Shown here one piece after another: positions 27,859-35,967 of a DNA stretch of 64,000 nt. Origin of the DNA: Chthoniobacterales bacterium (GTDB taxonomy: Bacteria > Verrucomicrobiota > Verrucomicrobiia > Chthoniobacterales > UBA10450); contig DATBCV010000019.1 of assembly GCA_036270275.1 (NCBI GenBank), positions 10,883 to 74,882 on the forward strand, in the 5' to 3' direction. The notes beneath the pieces were generated by a model. The model worked only from the letters and a program-made list of their open reading frames with translations. It was not told the DNA's origin and ran no database searches. Within the stretch, counting starts at the first letter, position 1, and the number at the start of each line of letters is the position of its first letter. The position numbers were made by a program, and so were the translations under genes.

Positions 27859-28634
27859 TGCTCGCTTGCCAGCGCCGCGCACAGGTAACGAATTTCGTCA
27901 TCGATCTCCGCCGGATTCGAGACTGTGCGAGCGACTTCTTCTCGCAAAATCGCGCGGTAGCGGACGCGCATTTGATGAAGCACTCGCTTGAGTGTTGTCT
28001 CAGAGACTCCGAGCGAGGCAGAGAGGCTCGGATAAGAAGTGTCCACGCGCTCCCCGCTCAGGAATTTGCTTAGCGCGGTGAACATTCTCAGCCGGCCGCG
28101 CCTTTCGCATTCTTCGCTCAAACGCTGCAGCGCTTGCTCGGCAATGGTCGCGGCCCATCGCACATCAAAGATGCGTTCGGGCGAGGAGTTTTGAAGCTCC
28201 CGGCCGTAGATCGACAATTGTGATGGCGCCTCGGCGATCCAATCATCCCACGGGACATAGCGCATCCTGCCGCGATCCGTCTTCCGGAACGCCGCGCGCC
28301 GCTTGTCACTGAGAAAATTTTGCAGCGCAGCGCATAACAACGAACGAAATCGTCCGCGCGATGGGTCCGCCAATGAGAGCAAACTTCCGTTAAGCAGCAT
28401 CACGAAAAAATCCTGGGTTAAATCCTGCGCGTCGGCCACCGAGTGTCCGTTCCGGCAGATGGTTGCAAAAACCGGCCGCCAGTAGGCGCGGCAAAGCTCC
28501 GTTTGCGCTTTCCGCGCGATCTCCGGAGCGTCGCTCGTTTTGGCGGACGAAAGGACGATGGTCCAGTGGGTCGTCTTGAACCGGCTGCGCTGAAGTGTGT
28601 CCCTGTCGCCCGGTTCGCTTTTCACGCACGACAA
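27855..28634 (-). CDS. ECF-type RNA polymerase sigma factor (PVC/Acidobacteria TTHWT-type)
   Basis: 259 aa. The N-terminal RFKTTHWTIV signature, a region 2-like DAQDLTQDFF and a region 4 HTH LGVSETTLKRVLHQMR are present. Confidence 0.85.
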   Translation of the reverse strand: MSCVKSEPGDRDTLQRSRFKTTHWTIVLSSAKTSDAPEIARKAQTELCRAYWRPVFATICRNGHSVADAQDLTQDFFVMLLNGSLLSLADPSRGRFRSLLCAALQNFLSDKRRAAFRKTDRGRMRYVPWDDWIAEAPSQLSIYGRELQNSSPERIFDVRWAATIAEQALQRLSEECERRGRLRMFTALSKFLSGERVDTSYPSLSASLGVSETTLKRVLHQMRVRYRAILREEVARTVSNPAEIDDEIRYLCAALASEQ

Positions 28635-28817
28635 TGATGAGATTTTGGCGACGCCCCGACAAGCACAAAGGGTTTGGGATGGGCTGGAGAGAACGCCGTT
28701 TCATGCTCGACACACTTGCCTTTCAATTACTCAATACGAGTTTTTCAGACCGAAGTTCTCGAAAATCTTTAAAAATCGCCATTTCGCCTAGAAATATCGC
28801 GTTGAAGGACATCAAGG

Positions 28818-29189
28818 ATGAGAGTTAGCGCCGAGCATCAAATCCACGTCGAGCAGCTCCAGCTTCGCGCGCGAGTCGGAGTCTCCGCCGCCGAACGCAA
28901 GAAACGGCAGCGCCTGGTCCTGAACATCACCGTTTGGCCGGCGCGCGATCCTCGCGACATTCGGGATGCGGTCGAAAGGACGGTCGACTATTCGTTGCTC
29001 TGCCGTGAAACGAAGAACTTCATCACGGCGCGTGCTCCCAAACTTCTCGAAACGCTGGCCGCCGATCTTGCGGACCATCTTCTCTGCAAATTCCGTGTCC
29101 GCCAAATCAACGTTGAGATCCGCAAGTTCGTTCTCAAGGATGCGGCCTACGCTTCCATTTCGGTGACGCGCTCCGCCTCGATCGACTGA
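28818..29189 (+). CDS. folB: dihydroneopterin aldolase
   Basis: 123 aa with the FolB pattern GVSAAERKKRQRLVLNI...DYS. Confidence 0.75.
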   Translation: MRVSAEHQIHVEQLQLRARVGVSAAERKKRQRLVLNITVWPARDPRDIRDAVERTVDYSLLCRETKNFITARAPKLLETLAADLADHLLCKFRVRQINVEIRKFVLKDAAYASISVTRSASID

Positions 29190-29193
29190 GATC

Positions 29194-30564
29194 ATGCGTA
29201 AAGGACGATTTCAAAAATCGCTGGCGAAAGTCGCGCAACGTTACAGCCAATCCATTTCCTTCGATCATCGCCTTTACCGTCACGACATAACCGGCTCCAT
29301 CGCTCACGCCGCCGCGCTTGCGCAGGCTGGAATCATTTCTCACGCGGACAAAAAGAAAATCGAGTCCGGCCTGCGCGAAATTCAGAAGAAGATCGAGTCT
29401 GGAAAATTTTGCTGGGATGAAGCGCTCGAAGACGTTCATATGAATATCGAGAGCGCATTGACTGAAAAAATTGGCGATGCCGGGGCAAAGCTGCACACCG
29501 CGCGCAGCCGGAACGATCAAATCGCGCTCGATCTCCGCCTCTATGTTAAAGAGCAAATCGAATCGATTTCCGCGGCGCTCCGAAGACTTCAGGCCGCCCT
29601 TCTTGGGCCCGCCCAGAACCATGTCGATCTTGTCATGCCCGGTTACACGCATTTGCAGCGCGCGCAGCCGGTTCTCTTTTCGCATTACTTGTTAGGCCAA
29701 ATCGAAGCCTTAGCGCGCGACCGCGAACGGCTGCGCGATTGTCTCGAGCGCGCCGATGTTCTTCCGCTCGGCTCCGGCGCGCTTGCTGGATCGACAATCG
29801 CTTTGGATCGCGAGCTCATCGCCCGCGAGCTCGGTTTTTCCCGCGTAAGTCAAAATAGTCTCGACGCAGTGAGCGACCGCGATTTTGTCTGCGAGTTCGT
29901 TTTCGCGCTCGCAATGATCGGAATGCATCTCTCGCGTCTGAGCGAGGACCTCATTGTTTGGAGCACGAGCGAATTCTGTTTCGTCGAATTCAGCGAAGAG
30001 TTTTCAACCGGCTCGAGTTTAATGCCGCACAAGAAAAATCCCGACATGGCCGAGCTCACCCGCGGCAAAACCGGCCGCCTTTACGGAAATCTAATGTCGA
30101 TCCTGACCACGTTGAAAGCGCTGCCCAGTTCCTACAACCGTGACCTTCAGGAGGATAAGGAGGCATTGTTTGATTCAGTCGATACCGTTTCGAGCGCGCT
30201 CGAATTGTTTTCCGCGATGCTGCCGCGATTGAAAATTAATCGAGAGAGAATGAAGGCCGCGGCGAACGATCCAAATCTTCTCGCCACCGATCTCGCGGAA
30301 TATCTCGTCAAAAAAGGAATGCCCTTTCGAAAAGCGCACGAGCTTGTCGGAAAAATCGTGAGCGATGCCGCGCGCAAAGGCGTAAAGCTCAACGCGCTAA
30401 AGCCAGCCGAGCTCAAAAAACTTTCCCCCACCTTGAATGTCGATCTTGCAAAGATCTTCGATGTTCGACGTTCGCTTGCGGCGCGGACCGCGGCCGGCGC
30501 GCCATCGCCCAGGAACGTGAAAGCGCAGATCGCCCGCTGGCGGAAAGAGCTCCGGGGAGAATGA
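29194..30564 (+). CDS. argH: argininosuccinate lyase
   Basis: 456 aa with the fumarate-lyase signature GSSLMPHKKNPD and full-length ArgH similarity. Confidence 0.95.
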   Translation: MRKGRFQKSLAKVAQRYSQSISFDHRLYRHDITGSIAHAAALAQAGIISHADKKKIESGLREIQKKIESGKFCWDEALEDVHMNIESALTEKIGDAGAKLHTARSRNDQIALDLRLYVKEQIESISAALRRLQAALLGPAQNHVDLVMPGYTHLQRAQPVLFSHYLLGQIEALARDRERLRDCLERADVLPLGSGALAGSTIALDRELIARELGFSRVSQNSLDAVSDRDFVCEFVFALAMIGMHLSRLSEDLIVWSTSEFCFVEFSEEFSTGSSLMPHKKNPDMAELTRGKTGRLYGNLMSILTTLKALPSSYNRDLQEDKEALFDSVDTVSSALELFSAMLPRLKINRERMKAAANDPNLLATDLAEYLVKKGMPFRKAHELVGKIVSDAARKGVKLNALKPAELKKLSPTLNVDLAKIFDVRRSLAARTAAGAPSPRNVKAQIARWRKELRGE

Positions 30565-30637
30565 ATCGCGCCTCTACCAAACTGCTCGACAGCCGCGCTG
30601 CGATTAGTTCAAGATCGACCTCGAACCTCCGCCGCTT

Positions 30638-31036
30638 ATGAGACAACTACCCAAAACCGAATTGTCGCCGGACAACGGCTGCATCATCGACATGAAATGG
30701 AAACTGGGATCGCTCGGCTATCACGCGAGCGCCGCCGGCAAGGAGAGCGTCGAGCCCAGCAAAGAAGTTATCCGCCTGCCCGAGCTTGTTCTTTACGATC
30801 ATACCGGATTCAAGGGCGCTTATGCCCGGACGAATCTCAGTTTTCATTACGTGGGCGATTATTGGAACGATCGCATGAGCTGCATCATCGTGGTCAGCGG
30901 GGTTTGGAGATTTTATCGGGACGAATATTACAAAGGCCCGCACTGGGACCTCGGCCCCGGTTACTACGAGAGTTTCTTCGCCGCCAAAGGCCCCGACGAC
31001 GTCGTCAGCTCCTTTCAGTGCGTCGCGCTCACGTAA
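30638..31036 (+). CDS. beta/gamma-crystallin-like domain protein
   Basis: A Greek-key-like sequence is present (LYDHTGFKGAY...VGDYWNDRMSCIIVVSGVWRFYRDEYYKGP). The start is uncertain. Confidence 0.5.
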   Translation: MRQLPKTELSPDNGCIIDMKWKLGSLGYHASAAGKESVEPSKEVIRLPELVLYDHTGFKGAYARTNLSFHYVGDYWNDRMSCIIVVSGVWRFYRDEYYKGPHWDLGPGYYESFFAAKGPDDVVSSFQCVALT

Positions 31037-31428
31037 ATACTAAGATAATTCGCGGCGTCGCAATTTTATCGGTCAGTTGCGCGATAACTTGGGCTGCTGC
31101 GCAGACGTCGAATGATGGCAAGAGTGCACTTGCAAAGAATTCCGCGTTAGTCGCGACTTACGCCCCAAAACCAGAATACACATACTTCGAGCGTTCCCGT
31201 CACATGACAGGAGCCGGCGTGTTCTTACTGCACATTCGAGCTGATGGCACAGTGCGGTTGGTGGAGACGGTTCAGAGCACCGGACATCGAGAGTTAGACG
31301 ACTCAACAATTGCTGCGTTTCAGAGATGGCGTTTCCAAGTAAGTCGTTCAAGCCAGGTAAAAATCCCAATCACATATTCGATGGGCAAAGTTGGCACCGG
31401 CCAACCCATTCCAGCCATTAGTCGTTAG
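31018..31428 (+). CDS. TonB C-terminal domain protein (small, secreted)
   Basis: A GTG at 31018 gives a signal-like N-terminus. The C-terminus GTVRLVETVQSTGHRELDDSTIAAFQRWRFQ matches the TonB_C pattern. Confidence 0.5.
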   Translation: MRRAHVNTKIIRGVAILSVSCAITWAAAQTSNDGKSALAKNSALVATYAPKPEYTYFERSRHMTGAGVFLLHIRADGTVRLVETVQSTGHRELDDSTIAAFQRWRFQVSRSSQVKIPITYSMGKVGTGQPIPAISR

Positions 31429-31482
31429 CAACTTCGAAAACATTTTCGGCGCAGCCCCAGGAAGAGTAAAGCAGGAGCGACC
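31418..31482 (-). pseudogene. remnant copy of the D-amino-acid oxidase gene 3' end
   Basis: The minus strand reads ...SWGCAENVFEVAND*, against the intact SWGCAENVFELAKRA* at 32872-32937. A 25-nt exact match links 31439-31463 to 32896-32920. Confidence 0.65.
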
Positions 31483-31492
31483 GGGAATTTTT

Positions 31493-32800
31493 ATGAGCAG
31501 TCGTCGTCAAAATCTCATCGCCGGTGCGATTTGTTTTGTTTCGTTTCTGTTTCTTTACGGAATCACGTCGCGCGGAAAACTTCAGGCATCGGATGAAGCG
31601 GCGGTTTTCGCGAGCGGGATTTCGCTCGCGACCACTGGTCATCTTGCGATCGATCAGCTCAAACCGCTCCAGGAAAAAGTAAATCTCGGCAGCGAAGGAC
31701 CGGACGGACATCTCTACACCAAATATTTTCCCGGAAATGTTTTTGCCGTCGCGCTCGTTTACAAACTGACTGCGCGAGAAAACGATCAGCCGTACGTCTG
31801 GACGACAGCGATCGCGCCGTCAGTCACTGGCGTGCGCTGGGCGCTTTGCTTGAATGCGTTCTGGGGCGCGCTCGGTATGACCGCGCTCTTGCTCGTCGTT
31901 CGAAAAATTTTTGATTGGCCAACGGCAATCGCAACCGTCATTGCAATCGGACTCTGTGCCGATTGGTGGTATCAATCGCGCGGTTTGTATTCGGAAGTCG
32001 CCGCCGGCGCACTCGTGGCCTGGAGTTTGTTCTTTCTGTTTTCGGAGCGCACGTATGCCGGCAGCGCGATGCTCGCGTTGTCGATCTTGTTTCGACCAAC
32101 GACTTTGCTCGCGCTTCCATTCGTCGTCCGCGACAACACGCGAAAGCCGCGCGTGTTGCTGACGAGCGCGATCATTGTCGGCGCGGGTTTGCTCGCATTG
32201 GCGGCATACAATTGGGCGCGATTCGGCACTCCGTTTAAATCCGGTTATCCGCCTGGGAATCTGAGCGTCCCATTGTTTACCGGATTGTCCGTTCTCTTAT
32301 TTAGTCCCGGCCGCTCCATTTTTGTTTATTCGCCCATTCTGCTGCTCGCGATTCCTGGCGCGTGGCTGTTTTACAAGAGAGAAAGAGCGATCGCGCTTTG
32401 TTGCCTGTTTTTCATTGTTGGGCACATGCTGGTCGTCGCGTGCTGGGGCCCGCTCGGCTGGGGATTGAGCTGGGGCAGTCGATTAATGACGCTGACGCTG
32501 CCGGTGTTCGGATTGCTGATCGCTGCGGCACTCGACGCAATTCGCAGGAACAAATGGATGCTGCCAATTCCGGTTCTCCTGGGAATACTCGGCTTCGCGA
32601 TTCAACTCATCGCGATGCTCCGCGATCCGACGCACGTGTTGATCGATCGTGTGCAAAGCGGCGAAGTGAAATTCGAGGACACGATTTACAGCGTGCGCCA
32701 TTCGTGGCTCGCACTCCAAATCGAGGCCACGCGCAATCCGCAGCCATGCGAGCTCGATTCTTACAATTTGCGGCGGTTGTTCACGAGCTGCCCGGATTAA
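31493..32800 (+). CDS. GT-C fold membrane glycosyltransferase (family 39 / ArnT-PMT-like)
   Basis: About 435 aa and polytopic. An early-loop SDEAAVF acidic motif is typical of ArnT-like enzymes. The start is at ATG 31493. Confidence 0.55.
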   Translation: MSSRRQNLIAGAICFVSFLFLYGITSRGKLQASDEAAVFASGISLATTGHLAIDQLKPLQEKVNLGSEGPDGHLYTKYFPGNVFAVALVYKLTARENDQPYVWTTAIAPSVTGVRWALCLNAFWGALGMTALLLVVRKIFDWPTAIATVIAIGLCADWWYQSRGLYSEVAAGALVAWSLFFLFSERTYAGSAMLALSILFRPTTLLALPFVVRDNTRKPRVLLTSAIIVGAGLLALAAYNWARFGTPFKSGYPPGNLSVPLFTGLSVLLFSPGRSIFVYSPILLLAIPGAWLFYKRERAIALCCLFFIVGHMLVVACWGPLGWGLSWGSRLMTLTLPVFGLLIAAALDAIRRNKWMLPIPVLLGILGFAIQLIAMLRDPTHVLIDRVQSGEVKFEDTIYSVRHSWLALQIEATRNPQPCELDSYNLRRLFTSCPD

Positions 32801-32871
32801 CGACTCCTCACCCTAAACCCTCCCCTCGAACGAGGAGGAGAGGGAATTCTCACATCATCGTTTGCGCGACA

Positions 32872-33819
32872 TCACGCGCGCTTCGCCAATTCAAAAACAT
32901 TTTCGGCGCAGCCCCAGGAAAGTGTAAACCCCGAGCCGCCGTGGCCGTAATTGTGAATCACGGCGCGACCGTCGCGCAGTTTTTCTTTTTCCAAACGCAC
33001 GCCTGTTTTTCGAAACGGGCGGAGACCGACGCGCTCGCGAAGCACAGTCGGCGTTTCTATTTCCAAAACGCGGCTGCATTCGGCGAGGATCGCTTTTGTT
33101 GTGTTTGCGTCCGGAGAAAGATCGTCACTCAACTCATTCGTGCCGCCAAAGAGACAATCGTTGCTTCGCGGAATGACATACATGAGCGGATCGTCGTCAC
33201 AAACAATCGCGCGATCGAGATTGTCGATCTTGGGAACGATGACGACCTGGCCGCGATGCGGTTCGAGGTCGGCATCGTGAGCGAGCTCGCGTGCGCCGAT
33301 GCCTGCGCAGTTAACCACAAGAGCGAACTTTGAATCGACATCCTCAAAGCTTTCGAAGCGCATATTACTTTTGATTTTGCCGCCGGCCTTTTCGAAACGA
33401 TTGATCAAGTAATCGAGATAGACGGTTGTGTCGGTCAGGGGAACGCGAAGCGAAAAGCCATCCGAGAAGAGACCGGAAATATTTAGAGATTTCTCCACTG
33501 CGGTCGAAATGGCAGAGGCCCAATCGGGAAGTTGAATTTTGCCGGCGCGGCAATATTGGCGGAGCTCGATCAATGAAACGCCGCTGAGAGGATTTTTTGC
33601 AAGATCGACAAGTATTTTGCAAGTGCTGAGCGCCCAAGGGATAACTTTTTCGGCAGGCTCGGCATCGTAAGGAAACCAGAGCGCACCCGCGGCGCCGGAA
33701 GTTGTTTGCCTGCCGATTTCATGCGCAAAAATTGTTGCGCGAAATCCGCGCTCCGCGAAAACAACGCCACAAGTCAGTCCGGAAACGCCGGCGCCAATAA
33801 TCGCGACAGATTTTTGCAT
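32872..33819 (-). CDS. D-amino-acid oxidase (FAD-dependent)
   Basis: 315 aa with the N-terminal GAGVSGLT dinucleotide fold and the C-terminal HNYGHGGSGFTLSWG signature. Confidence 0.85.
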   Translation of the reverse strand: MQKSVAIIGAGVSGLTCGVVFAERGFRATIFAHEIGRQTTSGAAGALWFPYDAEPAEKVIPWALSTCKILVDLAKNPLSGVSLIELRQYCRAGKIQLPDWASAISTAVEKSLNISGLFSDGFSLRVPLTDTTVYLDYLINRFEKAGGKIKSNMRFESFEDVDSKFALVVNCAGIGARELAHDADLEPHRGQVVIVPKIDNLDRAIVCDDDPLMYVIPRSNDCLFGGTNELSDDLSPDANTTKAILAECSRVLEIETPTVLRERVGLRPFRKTGVRLEKEKLRDGRAVIHNYGHGGSGFTLSWGCAENVFELAKRA

Positions 33820-33847
33820 CGGCGGATTCTAAACGTAACTTCGGCGC

Positions 33848-34714
33848 GTGAAAGCCTTGGCGTTCCTGTTTCTGGCGGCGAGCGCGACCGGGTCAATCGC
33901 GGCGCCGATCGTGAGCGAATCGAAATCTGTCGAGATCGATCACGTCAAAGTGCATTACACGAACTACGGCAAAGGCGAGAGTGCGCTGTTGTTGGTGCAC
34001 GGCTGGGCCTGTGACGAAAGCGTTTGGGAAGAACAAGCGCCGGCCCTGGCGGAAAAAATTCGGCTGATCACGATCGATCTGCCGGGCCATGGTCAAAGCG
34101 ATAAACCAAACACGATTTCGTACGACAAGAATCTTTATACGCGCGCGATCGATGGCGTGCTTAAAGACGGCGGGGTCAAGTCGGTCGTTCCGATTGGTCA
34201 CAGCAACGGCGCCCCCTTTGTTCGTGAATATTACCGGAAATTTCCCGACAAAGTCAAAGCGCTGATCATCGTCGAAGGGCCGCTGCACGCGATGTTCGAC
34301 CGCGACACGATGGAAAAACTTGTCGTTCCGTTGAAGGGAGATAATTACCCGGAAGCGGCGGGGCGCGCGATTGCCGGAATGACGAACGCGATGAAGGATG
34401 CTGCGGTGCGCGACAAAATTCGGGCGTTAATGTTGAAGACGCCGCAGCACGTCGCGGTGAGCGAATTCGAAGCGACGGCCGATGAAGATTTATGGAAAGC
34501 GGATAAGATCGACATCCCAGTCTTGATGATCATGGCCAGGCAGCCGGCATGGTCGCCGGAATACGAACAGTTCGTGCGCGGGCTGATTCCGAAATTGGAT
34601 TACCAGGTCTGGCCAGACGTTTCGCACTTTTTGATGATGGAGAAACCGCGCGAGTTCAACGCGGCGGTGTTGAAATTTTTGGAGGAGAACAAACTCCTGC
34701 CAAAGGGCTCGTAA
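33848..34714 (+). CDS. secreted alpha/beta hydrolase
   Basis: A signal peptide, HGW, the nucleophile elbow GHSNG and a C-terminal His region (SHFLMMEKP) are present. Confidence 0.8.
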   Translation: MKALAFLFLAASATGSIAAPIVSESKSVEIDHVKVHYTNYGKGESALLLVHGWACDESVWEEQAPALAEKIRLITIDLPGHGQSDKPNTISYDKNLYTRAIDGVLKDGGVKSVVPIGHSNGAPFVREYYRKFPDKVKALIIVEGPLHAMFDRDTMEKLVVPLKGDNYPEAAGRAIAGMTNAMKDAAVRDKIRALMLKTPQHVAVSEFEATADEDLWKADKIDIPVLMIMARQPAWSPEYEQFVRGLIPKLDYQVWPDVSHFLMMEKPREFNAAVLKFLEENKLLPKGS

Positions 34715-34744
34715 GTCGAGCGCTGCTCTACTAAACTGGAAGCG

Positions 34745-35836
34745 ATGGTTGCGTTGAATCGAAACCGCCTAAGCGACAAAGTGCTCGAGGAAAAACGGAT
34801 TTCGCCGGAGGAAGCGCTCGAGCTTTATCGATTGCCGCTGGAAGAACTCGGCTCACTCGCAAACGCGCGCCGGAACCTGGCGAAAGAAAAAAGCTACGGC
34901 GGACGCGGACGCGGGATCGTGACTTACATCGCGGACCGCAACATTAATTACACCAACGTCTGCAATGTTTATTGCAAGTTCTGCGCATTTTATCGAACTG
35001 AGCGTGACGAAGATCATTACGTGCTCTCGCGCGAACAGCTCGATCAGAAATTGGACGAGCTCACCGCCGCCGGCGGCGTTCAGATCCTGATGCAAGGCGG
35101 ACATCATCGGAAGCTGCCGTTCCAATGGTATGTCGATCTTTTGCAGCACATCCGAAAAAAATATCCGCACATCAACATTCACGGATTCAGTCCGCCCGAG
35201 TTCCAGCATTTCGCGGAAACGTTTCAAATGCCGTTGCGCGACGTGATCTCGGAATTTAAGAAAGCCGGCCTTGGTTCGATTCCGGGCGGAGGCGGCGAGA
35301 TCCTGGTGGATCGCGTCCGCAAAAAAATTTCGCCGCTAAAAATCGATAGCGATGGGTGGCTGGAAGTCATGCAGGTCGCGCACGAGCTGGGATTGAAATC
35401 GAGCGCGACAATGATGTTCGGTCACGTCGAGACGATTGAAGAACGCATCGAACATTTGCGGCGGGTTCGAGATCAACAGGACAAAAGCGGCGGGTTCACC
35501 GCGTTCATTTGCTGGACATTTCAGCCGCAGCATACCGTGTTGAAAGTGAAACAGCCGACCGGTGTGGCGGAATATTTGCGGATGCAAGCGCTCTCGCGGA
35601 TTTTTTTGGATAACATCGACAACATCCAGAGTTCGTGGGTCACGCAAGGTCCGGAAATTGGCCAGGTGGCGTTGAAATATGGCGCGAACGACTTCGGTTC
35701 GGTCATGATGGAGGAAAATGTCGTGAGCGCCGCGGGAACGACGTTTCGCTTGGACGCGGAGAAAATCGAGGCGCTGATCCGTGATGCCGGATACGAACCT
35801 AGGCGTCGAAATAATTCCTACGAACTGTTGAACTGA
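34745..35836 (+). CDS. mqnC: radical SAM enzyme of the futalosine menaquinone pathway (MqnC-like; MqnE not excluded)
   Basis: 363 aa with the CNVYCKFC cluster motif, plus SATMMFGHVETIEERIEHL and QDKSGGFTAFICW. Confidence 0.75.
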   Translation: MVALNRNRLSDKVLEEKRISPEEALELYRLPLEELGSLANARRNLAKEKSYGGRGRGIVTYIADRNINYTNVCNVYCKFCAFYRTERDEDHYVLSREQLDQKLDELTAAGGVQILMQGGHHRKLPFQWYVDLLQHIRKKYPHINIHGFSPPEFQHFAETFQMPLRDVISEFKKAGLGSIPGGGGEILVDRVRKKISPLKIDSDGWLEVMQVAHELGLKSSATMMFGHVETIEERIEHLRRVRDQQDKSGGFTAFICWTFQPQHTVLKVKQPTGVAEYLRMQALSRIFLDNIDNIQSSWVTQGPEIGQVALKYGANDFGSVMMEENVVSAAGTTFRLDAEKIEALIRDAGYEPRRRNNSYELLN

Positions 35837-35967
35837 AGGGCCGCTCGCGCTGTCTATCAGAGTCGCCAAACCCTTCTCCGAGAAAATCCTGCCTTGACGA
35901 TAGCCCGCTTCTCCTCTATTTCCGCCGTGTCCCGCGCCAGTTTTAGGACTGCGCGGGATTCGGCATC

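Noticed and set aside
31390-31410. TGGCAC as a possible sigma-54 promoter -24 element (also at 9438)
   Set aside because: No TTGC-like -12 element follows at the required spacing. Both sites lie inside coding sequence.
32362-33333. 323-aa plus-strand ORF spanning the GT-C gene 3' end and the oxidase gene
   Set aside because: It is out of frame with, or antisense to, two genes that have clear family signatures.
35894-35957. Possible sigma-70 promoter (TTGACG-17 nt-TATTTC) and an 8-bp hairpin upstream of bamA
   Set aside because: The match is plausible but only a weak consensus in an organism whose promoter consensus I do not know, so it is not reported as a feature.
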